NCBI GenBank assembly: GCA_973851085.1
Contig: OZ316776.1
Location: forward strand, 7,502,001-7,566,000
Source: Ptychomitrium polyphyllum
Taxonomy: Eukaryota
Direction: 5' to 3'
Length of the DNA stretch: 64,000 bases
Part shown: piece after piece, positions 24,712 to 44,780 of the stretch
Layout of the letters: each line of letters starts with the position of its first letter
Position numbering within the stretch: the stretch's first letter is position 1
Notes under the pieces: model-generated
What the model saw: only the letters and a program-made list of their open reading frames with translations
Told to the model about the DNA's origin: nothing
The model's database searches: none
Program-made: the position numbers and the translations under genes

Positions 24712-27700
24712 TCAACTTAACTTCAACCAGTCAAAAGCCTTAGTTTCTTCTTTTTTAGGTTCTGTTGAGTACCTCGGCCCTACAGGGTTTGAGAAATCAA
24801 ACCCACCAGTATAAGTTTGTCCAAAACTACTTGTAGAGACTCCATTTCCTTGAGAACCAGCTCCGGTTGGAAGATTCATCCCTATTCCAAGTGCTTGCAT
24901 ACTTGCCAGGTTTGCTGCCAGTTGTTGTTGCATCTGCAGAGGGGTCATCCCTGCAAAACCACCGAGTCCAGGACCGAACCCTTGTGGCACCATATTGGGC
25001 TGAAATGTACCACCAGGCATCTGCATCAATACAGCTGGATTCATATACATCATCTGTGACGGGAGGGTTCCTCCAGCATGGGACGTTCCAGCCTGGCTTG
25101 GATTAAGTAGCCCATTTCCAACACCTTGATTTGGAAGATTTCCACCACCTAGTGATTGTAAATGACTGATGTTATTGTTTCCATTTGCAAGAGAAGGTTT
25201 GGATCCACCAGTAGAGGACAGACCCTCAAATGGATCCACAGAAGCGCCAGTTGCTTTTACAGGAGCTTCAGTCGAGAGACCACCAAATAGATCCACCAAG
25301 CTGTCTGCAGGGGGTTGTGCTTTCTTTGACGTGGTTAAATCCTCCCCTCCAAACGTAAGACCTTCAAAAATACCGGAAGCATCAGAGGTTCCGTTTGAGA
25401 CAGCAGTTTCAACTGAATCCAACGGGAGTCCTGAGAAAAGATCATCGCCGGAATTAGGGATACTCGCAGTATTCAGAGAAAATCCTGCAAATAGATCGGC
25501 TTCTCTGGTAATCTCTGTCGATTGCTGGGAGTTATCATACAAACCGAAACCTCCTAGTAGGTCATCAGCAGCAGTTGATGCCGAAGAACCGTCACCAGAG
25601 GCATTAGCTGCGAGCTCTTGATGCTGAGACGGCATCCCATTACTCTGCATCAACAAAACATTTCATTCAAAAAGGTGATATAAAGAGACATGCTGAAAGA
25701 ACAATCGAGCTAAGGTTTTAACTCTCAATGTATATGCAGAACAACAAAAACAGAATTTCAATATACACATGCAGAACAACCATAATCGAGACTGTAGTAG
25801 TCTAGCAAGATCACCTGTACAACATCAGTTCCTTCAGGTGCATCCCAACCATCCATAAGATCAGGTAACACCACAGGTTGTTGAGGAGGCGCTACAGCTG
25901 ATGTAAAGCCAGGTGGAGGTGGAATACGCCCTGATGACTGGGTATCTTCTGAGCTACCAAGTCCAAGCAGGTCCAGAACCTGAATAAACACACTCCATCA
26001 CATACACCAGAGTAAGCAGATCAAACTACTCACAAGCCTATAATTGTTTCAACTCTAAGGATCGCCAAAAATCCAGTATCATAAGGACGGCTGATAGAAA
26101 GCAACTAGTGCACAGATGGATAATGTGAAACCCAGAGAAAATTACGAGGGCTCTTAGTGTGACAAACCTTCTTGGATTTCTCCTTCAAAGAAGCCTGTGG
26201 AGATTGTGCATTCTCAACAATAGAACCACAATCCTCTTCAAACGTCCTTGCCACTATTTGAAATACATCATTGCTATCTCCTTGCCGCAGTATGGCTTCC
26301 ACAATACACATGGCTTTCAAGCGTACCTGGTACAGAGGACCCGTCAGTCTCGACTAAGTTGCATTGCTCACACCCTGTGACAGTCCTAATAGAGCCATTT
26401 ACGAGAGAAATAATGTTGACTCAAACAACAGGCATGGTGGTAATAACTCTGAAGTTTCTCACAAATCCAAGTATAAATTTTTTAACAAAAACAAATGAAT
26501 ATAATGGTATCCACCTGCCATGCGTGTGCTTGCAACTTGCTTTGCAGCGCATAACAAAGCCTATCTCCATCCAATTTAACAGCTGCTGTGAGAAAGTTCT
26601 GAACTGCTTCCCGACTGGGTTGCAGGCGCACACCCCCTGGAGTGGTAATCACATCGACCAACCGGTCTTCTTGAGACAAAGGCCTTCCTTCATGACGCGG
26701 AGATCCTCCTTCATCGGTCTCTATCTTGCTACCACGGGATTCGAAAGTTTCATGAGAACTCAAGGAGTATGTCGATCCTTGATTATCTGAAGGGCTGTAC
26801 TTACTTTCTCTGTCAGTCAAAGATCTTCTTAAATTGGGTCCCCTGTAAATAAGATAAGTATTTACAGACACATTAGACCTAAGTTCTTTGCATTTACTTG
26901 CATGATTGCTCAAATGATCTTGAAAAAAATCTACAAGTAATTAGCGAGAATACATCATGTCACATATTCAAGGCAACGACGCACAGAACTTCACTGCCTC
27001 CTACCCCATGCTTTCGTTGAACGATTACTGAAGAATCATGAGCATGGGAGTTTACTGTTCGTTGAAGAAATTATTTTATTCACAGTTTTGTAAGATTTTA
27101 AGTGGTAAAAGAAGAAACTCTCCATTCTCGTAGTAACTGAAAAGTTTATATGCAAACTAACTGTACGAAAACTTTAATACCTGTAGGTGCTAGAGTTTGA
27201 GCTACCATAGTTCCCGCTGCTCCCACTACTCGCCAACCCACTCATCTGTCGAATTGTTGAACTTCCGAAACCCATCATGTCATCCAGCATCGACTTCTTA
27301 ACATCACGAGTAGACAAGTCGAAATTGGTGTTCCCAAAACCCTCCATCCGCTTACTCACATCTTCTGCAGACGCTTTATCAATAGACGCAAATATAGCAG
27401 ACAGCGCCTCTTGTGCTGTTTCACGCACAGCCTTGTTCAATGCATCTCCTTTTAAAGCATCAGGCTGTCCCCTGCACTTCGCATTAAAGAAATTTATTCA
27501 AGAGGATCACTTTGCCTTACAATGCTATCACACTTCTCAACAATATACCGATAATCTAGCACCAAAAACACACATAGATCACTCATGACACCATTGGATG
27601 CTACAGCATTCTTCTCAACCAAAGCTAAAGAACAACAGAAACCACGACACAGTGTCATGTGAGTCTTTACGACCACAGGTTCGCAACCACAAAACAATGC

Positions 27701-28510
27701 CCAACCTGTAATGTAACAAATTTCGAACAACTGGAGCCTGCCGTTGAATTTCGCGACGAAACTCGACACCAGCTTTCCCAGCAGCAAATTTGATGAGTCT
27801 CAGTGCCTGCATGAACCATTGAAAAACCACAAAAGGTTGTACTATGAACAGACCTTATCCGGACTAGTATAATTACTGCGGTAAAGGCTGTTCAGAACCG
27901 AAAACCTAGTTAAGTGTCAACCCAGCATATACACATCTATCAGTGAATTCAGTATAGCAATTGAACACTTCCTACCCCACAGAAGCCCAAATGGAATGCT
28001 CCGCAATCAAATTGCTTATAATCAATCGCAGCATTGCATTATCGATAAGATGCCGAAGGAAACTACAAAAAACAGATAGTTGTTCATGTACAACTCCGCA
28101 TCACAGAGACCTACACCCCTTCCTTAGTTCGGAGAATACACAAAGAATCCTCCACCCCTCCAAAGCATGACCGGAATCATCCTCACAAGCAAACCTCGGC
28201 ATCCCGAAGCACACAACTTCCAAATCCTCCACCTCGACCGATCCACAGAATCCAAAACCCTCATCTAGATCAAAAATCCACAGTTCCCGTCAGCTCAACA
28301 TACCTTCTGCTTCACAATCGGACTCTTATGATCCAGCCGCTTCAGAATCCTCTCCAGAAGCTCCCGCACGATATCCAATGACGAGGTCCGCATAAGAGTA
28401 CAAACCTCCTCCAGCTTGTAGACAGGAGCGACGGAGTCGTTGTCACTGGTGACGCCATCGATGAGCACAGCCCGCCTGTAAGCCTCCACAGCCCTCACGC
28501 CCTGCTGCAT
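24712..28510 (-). CDS. MTV1: ENTH/VHS-domain protein, MTV1/tepsin-like (7 coding exons)
   Basis: Exons: 28510-28304, 27806-27706, 27471-27181, 26842-26515, 26326-26168, 25979-25815, 25644-24712. N-terminus RAVEAYRRAVLIDGVTSDNDSVAPVYKLEEVC...KRLDHKSPIVKQKALRLIKF...GQPDALKGDALNKAVRETAQE; second domain LVDVITTPGGVRLQPSRE...WQVRLKAMC; disordered tail with DLL/DLF/DPF motifs, ending KKEETKAFDWLKLS. Confidence 0.9.
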
Positions 28511-28648
28511 GTCGACGAGTGCGCCTCCGCGCCTATCTCTGTCCCCTCAAATATAACGAATGCAGAGATGGCTCGAGGGAATTGCGACGCCGTGATCAAT
28601 CCATCCAATAATTGACTTCCGTCCTGCTCCTCGACTGCGTGCAAATCT

Positions 28649-29849
28649 AAACCCTAGTGAGTGACAACCAAGAGACTTGTGTTGTGCGCTGAGTCCTGTC
28701 TCTGCTTTAGCCTGGTCTTGCACTTGGACAGGAAGACAGTTCTTCCACGAAATCTCACTCGAGCATGCTTCCCCAAGACCGTCGCTGGACCAAAAACCGT
28801 CGTTATCTGCCATATCAAAGATTTAAGAGGCTCTCGATCTGATAATTCGTAGATGGGGTTGGTTTTACGTGTATTGACGGTTCAGGGTGTGTGTCCCTGG
28901 GGCAGACCAGTTCTTCCCAGCCTGTCGAGGCTGCCGCACGTGATCACTGGCATCCCACAGTTTTTTGTTTCGTTTGTTTTTAACTTTAATATTTCCTAAT
29001 TTCCGCCAATTCCATCAGAGCCTCTCCAGCGCCACACTGGACACTGACCCCGAGAACGAAATGGGCAAGGATGCTCCGGTATTGTGACCCATTTCCACTT
29101 GAATTCGTGTCTTGAGGAAACTTTGCAAGTCAGAAGTGTAAAAACCAGGGTAATAAGTACTCGACGTCACCTTATCATCCCAAGTAACGTATACCATCCA
29201 TCATCTATCCATCCGTCCGTCCGTCATCTACAGCTTCGTCGGGAAGCTCGCGAGAATGCACAGAGAGAGCGAGAGAGAGAGAGAAGGCAGAGCAAGTTTC
29301 CGCTATGGAGTGCATAGGTCAGATGGAGAGCTACTTCGCTTTTGCCTTCGCAATCATGCTGCTGTAATTTTGCTGTGACGAGTCGGAGCGCTCCTACGAT
29401 GGAGGGGAACTGGAGATTGAGCTTAGTCGGTTTGTGAGGAACCGGACTCCGGAGTTGATGACCACATTTGCCTGCAATCAATCTAGCAGGCAATCAAGGT
29501 TTGTATCTATGGGGTGTTGATATGAATGCCTGCGCATTGGTGGTGCGTCGGGGGTTTTTCTTCGTGATCGGATGGTCGCGGCGAGGGAAATTGAAGGGAG
29601 GGAGACAAGGGAGTGGAGTGGAGTCATGTAGTAGAGCTGGCGAGGCTCATGGCGTTGGGACTCCACCTCGGAGGGCAGGGTGGCGTTGTGGAACTCGCGT
29701 TCTTTAGCAAGTTGGAGAGAGCTTGTCTTGGTTTTTTGTTGACAGCAGCGGAGACGGGAGTCTGTTTTCTTATTTCTCTTTCTTGTCTGGGAGATTGTTT
29801 GGTGGTGTTGCTATGCGTTGGAACGCGTGGCGCTCAAGTTAGGGTTTAG
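28649..29849. promoter_or_regulatory. Shared divergent upstream region of the MTV1-like and DEAH helicase genes, with telo-boxes, a G-box and a GA repeat
   Basis: Head-to-head ATGs at 28510 (-) and 30099 (+); AAACCCTA 28649-28656, CACGTG ~28937, (GA)n 29262-29284, TTAGGGTTTAG 29839-29849. Confidence 0.5.
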
Positions 29850-30098
29850 CGGTCTGATTCCATTCGTGTTGGCGAGTTGTGATTGTTCCACTTCTGCGGC
29901 GGGGGATTTTCTGATATAGTGCGTCTCTGGATTCTAGGGAATTGGCGTTGGCCGTGAGGTTGTTTTGTACGAGGTTCCGCTGGTGAGGGGAGGTGGAGGA
30001 TTTTTGCAGTGCGCGAGGGAGGGTGGGAGAGGACGGGGAGGGCTCATGAAAGGCGTGGAGGGGTAGAGGTCTCGAGCCGGCCGTTTGGAGCAGTTAAG

Positions 30099-38704
<8,606 letters not shown>

Positions 38705-40172
38705 GCATTGACGAATTGAAAGAGCTGGGATATTTTACCCTTTGAAGGTTTACAACGGTGGTGCTGACTAAAATTTGGATGACTAGCTTTGTATCATTCA
38801 GCAGTCTAAACACTTTATGTGTGCATGTCGGCAGCTCAGTATGAGGTGCTGTTTTGGAGGATTATTTAGAAGCCTCCTGGAGACTAAGATCAGGCTTGCA
38901 GACCTTCAGGTCATCGTTTGCGACAGTGTGGCAGTTCAATCCATTAATTGAAGATTTTTTCCAGTAATTAGATTGCATCCGGCAAAGCAGCGGAGGCTAC
39001 AACTTACAGTAAGTTCAGAAAAGATGAGCATACTGTTCTAGCTTCAGTACTGTTGTGCGCTTGGCTTCACCTTCACGATTTTGTATTTGCTTATATGAGG
39101 CTCCTTGCAAAAGGTGCAGTGGTGGATTTTTCCATAAATCATGATAGTCTATGTCTAGACTTGTCAGCCTACTTAGGACATAGTTCGTATGTCAAGAGTT
39201 GTTGATGTTCATCCTTTCATCTCATTATACACGCAATTCAATACGTCAAGTGAACAAGCTCTACAACGGTGCTCCTATTACTAAATAGGGATGGTGGATT
39301 GGTTTGTGAAGCTAAGGAAATGCAGATTCAAGCACAAGAACGATGGATTTGCAAGTTGTGTTGCTGTTGCGATCCAGGGACAGCTGTGCATTTCTAACCA
39401 GTTATCAAACCATTCTTCAGCAGTTCAATTAACTCACCCTCACCTTGGAAAGTGGAAAGTGGGAACGCAATAATAAATGATACTGAGGGCATGTGGCTGC
39501 GACATTTTTTGCGACATGACTTGGAGAAGTGTTAGTGTTGTAGTACTGTTATGGTCAGCCGTTTAAAGAGTGTTATGAATGTTATGGCAGTGATTGCAGG
39601 AAGGTATGAGTCTAATTTGATGATTTGGCTCACAATCAAAAGGAAGTCAAATTTTAATATACTATACTCATTTTGGTGTAATACTTGTAGAGCTTATGTC
39701 ATGCTATTTCCTTGGCCAGAAGTCTGGCACTAGCAGGGAGTATCATGGAAGTGAATCAGTCCCTTATTGCCATTATCCTCCCATGCATCTTCATTATTGG
39801 GCTGTTGCCAACCACTATCTGCATGTTCATGCATTTAGTTGCATCACATCTATTTCAGGAATTGCGTTGAAGAACTTTGAAAATCCCACCAATGATTCCA
39901 ACTGGCATTTGGACTAGGATGCATAGACCTTAATTCACACAATTGCAAAACTTGGTGGTCATTTGCTAAAAATCATTACAAGAAGAAAAGCAGAGGACTT
40001 GAAGGCTGGAAAATGCTTCTACTATGGTGTGGCTGTCAGTGTAATACTTTTATTCTGTTCTAGCCAGAGTTCAAGGCCAGTGTCAACTCTTGCAAAGTGG
40101 CTCGTCCTCGCTTGAGAGGTTCTGATTGCAATGTGCAACCTGACTAGAATTGACCTGCTCCACCACTGCACT

Positions 40173-40227
40173 GAACTTTGTACTGGAAACTTTGTACTTT
40201 GTCTGAGAAACTTTGTACTTTGTCTGA
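40173..40227. repeat. Perfect 21-bp tandem duplication GAAACTTTGTACTTTGTCTGA x2 plus an upstream partial copy
   Basis: Copies at 40186-40206 and 40207-40227; partial GAACTTTGTACT at 40173-40184. Confidence 0.9.
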
Positions 40228-43200
40228 GAGAGAAACCTGTCACAGGTGAAAGAACTTTATAAATTGCCAGCCTGCTCATTTTGTCTGTTCAACCTCTTCA
40301 ACCAGCACAAGTCTTCCTCAAAAAGTCTGAAGTTCTGTGGTGAGATTTTGTTGCAATAGTGGTTGTCAAAGTGAGGGTTTTGCAAGATTATCTATGATTG
40401 AAAAGATAATTGATTTCTAAAAAGCAACTATTCCAAGCAAGTTTAATGCTAATAAAGGCATGCGATTATTAGGTTACTATAATGCTAAGATTATTTGGTA
40501 GAAATTACATTACTTTTTGATGAAACACTAGATTAGTCTATTATGCTAATAAAGACAAGTTTTTAGTTGGTTGGACAAGATGACATGATTATGTCAGTGA
40601 TTATATTATAACTTGTCCAAAGTATTAATTGCAACAAATAATTAGAATTACCTTGGTTGACTAATAGGAGGCTTAATCTTTTGTTGCTCTAATTTGTCAA
40701 TGGGCCTATTAATTAAGATTTGAATTATTTGTACAACAAACATGAAATCCAAATTTATTATTTAAACATTACAATTAGTTTATGTCTTTAAATTCTTTAT
40801 TCCTTTTTCTTCTTCCTAATAGCTATTTTGTAAATTAAAGTGTGATCTTATTTCTATATAAGTTCTACTAATTATTTCATGCCTTGGTATTTAGAGTATA
40901 ATTTATTGAAAAAAATATTTATTCCAAGTCCTACTTCTTAAATGTAGAAGAAAAATATTTTTCATATTTTGGTATATTTTAGTTTAAAATAATTGCATGT
41001 AATATTTTTAATTCAATGATAACAAAAAAAAATTTATAGTGAATTAGAATATAAATTTTTTATAATGAATTAGAATATTTTTTAACAAGAGTTTGGTCTT
41101 TTAAAACCAAATACAATAAAAGATACATGTAATGTCATTAAAAGAGAGTGCATATTTTTTTTTAATTCAAATTTAATCTTGATATATAAATATGTATTAA
41201 AAAGGTTGTGCACCTAAAGCAAGTATGGCATAATTTTATTGATCCATAGAAGAGTGCATTGTTGCAACTAATGAAGTATATGTTAGATTTTAATAGTTTA
41301 ATGAATAACTGTAAATTTAATTTCAAATTTCATTGTAGAGATATTTCAAGAATTATAGAAAGCATCAATAGCAAAGGTGTAGGAGACAGTATTTAAGGCT
41401 AAATAATAACAATAAAAATATACCAACATGGTAACATGACATGTTGATTCTTAATGATTCAAAAGAAAAAGATCCATATTATTTCAAGTATGAAGGCTTC
41501 ATGCATGTCAACCACTACCTTCTCTATTACAATAATGCCAACTTGTTGTACCAAGTTATTGCTTGCCTTCTCATTGGTCACAAGCATTTGCTTTAAATTT
41601 TGAAAATCTAAAGAACTTGGAACTTCAATAATTTAATAATAATAATAATTTTTTAATTTTTAATTTATAAAAATAGTTTATTTTTAAAGCTTTTTGACTG
41701 AAAAAGATGCATGATACTTTTGACACATGCATGTCATTATAAACTCATACAAATTAGGAGCTCTAGGAAATTGATATATTAAAATAAGTTGTTCCATTAC
41801 TACTTTTTTTTGAAACCATCAATTATTTTTAAAAATTAGCAACCATAAAATACGCTCAATAATTATAAGAGACTAAATGGAGTAGACAAAAGGTCAAAGA
41901 GTGATGGTCATGGGATTTAAATTGGATACAAATGAATTTGAAGTAGTAATAATAAAGAAAAAGATGAATTTGCATTAGATTTTTTTTTAAACCATGTAAC
42001 GAACGAGGACATGTTACAAAGTAGTTTTTGAATTATATTTGGGTGACTGTAAAAGCTTAACATGGTGGTTACAACATTGATTATTGCCAATGATTGTTAT
42101 AGAATTTAAGTATTCATGATAATTGTAGTGGTGTAGGTATACTGTGGCCCACACTGATGTTTTGGTATAAACATGGTGCTAATAAAACGATACCAAAATA
42201 TTTTTTAGTGATTTTTTCTAAAAATAAACACGCGAATATCATTCTTTGTTTTTAAAGTATTATAAAAAGATTACACAGTGTTTTTGAATAATTAAAATTC
42301 GAACTAATGCAATGATTGGTGGAAAGTTTCACACTAATACTAGAGCTTAGTGTGATGTCAATTTACTAGTACACCTGTTTGGATGATTGATGAATTGACA
42401 AACTTGCGATTTTTGGATCTTTGCAAGAGCACCCTTTGAAAATTCATCACAAATTCAAATCGTTTAGAACTATGGTTTGTCTTGCATTTTACTCCAAACT
42501 TTAGCATCTGTGAAACAAAATAAGACAATTTCATGGGGGCCCAGGAAGCGCGCGCAGAGTCCTTAGAGTAGTGGATATGGTGCAACTTTCCACAGCTCGC
42601 AGAGGAAGAGCTCAGGCCAGGGACCCAGGCCTAGGGTTCCTAGGGTTCTGAAAATTACACCATGCCTTTCACTGAACTGAACTTATAAACTGCTAGTGGT
42701 TTCACAGATATACTGGACTGTTCAGTGTCTCCTCATCCTGCGGCAGATGGGACTGAAGGCTTTGCGGAGGTGAGACAAAAATCGAAACTTGACAGATATG
42801 CACCCACCTTTACGTTGATGAGATAACAGCCCCAGCCTTGGCCAGGACATGCTACACAATTCCTGTGAAAGACCTTGAAATCCAAACATGGTGCTGAATT
42901 GGGGGAAATGGACCGGCTGTGGTGACATCTGAAGCTGATGCAGTTTTTCTTCAAGAATTTCTGGCAGAAGTTTTGAGGCATAGCAGCAATAGCTGTTTGC
43001 AACACGGATACCTGGCTTGCACATGCAATGCACAAACAATGATGAGAATCTAGGCCTCTTGCCATTTATTACAGCCATCTCACTTCTGTGACGAGAGAGG
43101 ACCGACGCAAGAAATCACTGAGATTGTCACGTTGGTGAATATGCGTTTTGAATGTGGGCCAGCCTTCATTCAAAGCACAGCAAAAGAAAGGGCATGTGTT

Positions 43201-43546
43201 CTATATTCTTGCATATAAAGAGGTGTAACAACCCCCTGAACTCAATCGAATTACAACCTCAACAACCAAAACTAAATGTGATGCTTGTTGAACTGCTGGT
43301 TAGCATAAATCCAATGGTGGATACTTCTTAGTTTAGAATATATGGAGGTTGTTTCATAAATAATTGACTTACAATTGCAAACCATGATACCTTGTCATTT
43401 GTGAGCGTCTTTCTGCTCAAGGCACAAACATGTCCATAAGTTCAATACAACCTAACTCAAATAAACTTTACTAAATTATAATAAACTTTACTAAACTTTA
43501 AGTCATTGAATTACATCAAACATGACCACCTACAAGTTGTTACTTG

Positions 43547-44780
43547 TAATATGGCACTCCACCTCTTTATCACAAATTTGTGTATATTTTATGGCAATAA
43601 CCATTACAAATGGAAATAGAAGACAAGGATTCAAGCCAAGGAGGTGAAATAATTAAACTTTATAGTGAGAACTAGGAATCACTACAAGGTTCAAAGGGTT
43701 GAACAAAATCATAAGAGGTGTGTTGTTAAGACCAAAGGTCCTTTCTACCTTAACTCTTGGATCTAAAATCCATTAGAAGTTTCTTAGGAGGCTACCAATA
43801 CAATGCTTAGCATTTAGGCAACCTTAGCTTATTTCTTTGGAAGTTTCTTTAATTTATTGGAACATTCTAAAATCAAAGTAGTTTTCTTGGAGATACCTAA
43901 ATCTTTTAGAAAAATTCCTACATTTTTTAAAAATTCTTTAGGAACCTTTTTTACATAAATCTAATACATGTATATGATAATAATAATTTATTTCTACCAC
44001 TAGTGTACAAAAAATTTATAATTTATAGCCTCAAAATGACATCAATAGATAACATATTATTTTATTGTTGTTTTAATGTCATCTTGGCTTCAAGATGACA
44101 CAAGTTAAAATGATGCAAAAATGATATTAAAATGTATGAGGTGAAAATAATACCAAATTGATATGAAAATGGAATAAGCTAAAAATTATCAAAACTACTT
44201 CAAAATCATATCATAATCACCAAAACATGTCATTTTGATGTCATTTCAATTTATATCACCATAATCATTAGAATGGAACAAAACAACAATTTTGGAAGTA
44301 TAATCAAACTTATTTGAATTTAGTTGGACTTGACCCTCTATCAAATGACCATTTATTAATTTTATCTACTCTATTATATGTTAATTTGGTAACAATTTGA
44401 TGAAGATTAAGACATTTAGCTTATTCCAAACTAGATTGCATATCTCATAAACGGTTTAATTAAAAATCTTATGATTTTTGGTTGCTTTAGCTCATTCATT
44501 TGCAAAAAGCTGCTACATAACTCCAAAAACATGACAATCATCTTCAACAAACATAACTCCTTTTAAATTTATTCCATTTCAAAAACTATTTTGAGACTTT
44601 AGAATTTTTTGTTATAAAAAAATCCAACGTTTTATTCCATTGTGACGTCAATTTGACATCGTTCCAGTGTGGTGTGCAATTAAACAACTTTTGAATCCAA
44701 GTCAATTCAGCATTATTATAATGCAATTTTGATGACATCAAACTAATGTGGAGCACAAAACACATGTATTTTGACATCAT
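43547..44780. mobile_element. Possible degraded transposon remnants (LTR-like segment followed by a CACTA-like end with subterminal ATGACATC repeats)
   Basis: 43547-43990 starts TGTAAT and has repeated AGAAGTTTCT/GGAACATTCT-like motifs. CACTAGTG at 43998 is followed by ATGACAT/ATGTCAT motifs in both orientations, including a perfect 12-bp inverted repeat (44034-44045 and 44235-44246). No partner TIR, target-site duplication or coding region was found. Confidence 0.3.

Noticed and set aside
25169..25621. 150-aa + strand ORF
   Set aside because: Antisense shadow of the low-complexity last exon of the MTV1-like gene.
42715..42770. GGACTGAAGG resembling miR319/159 with a small hairpin
   Set aside because: Only a 10-nt match, the 3' half diverges, and there is no long precursor stem.
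43088..43110. TGACGAGAGAGGACCGACGC loosely resembling miR535/156
   Set aside because: Too many mismatches and no star-strand complement nearby.
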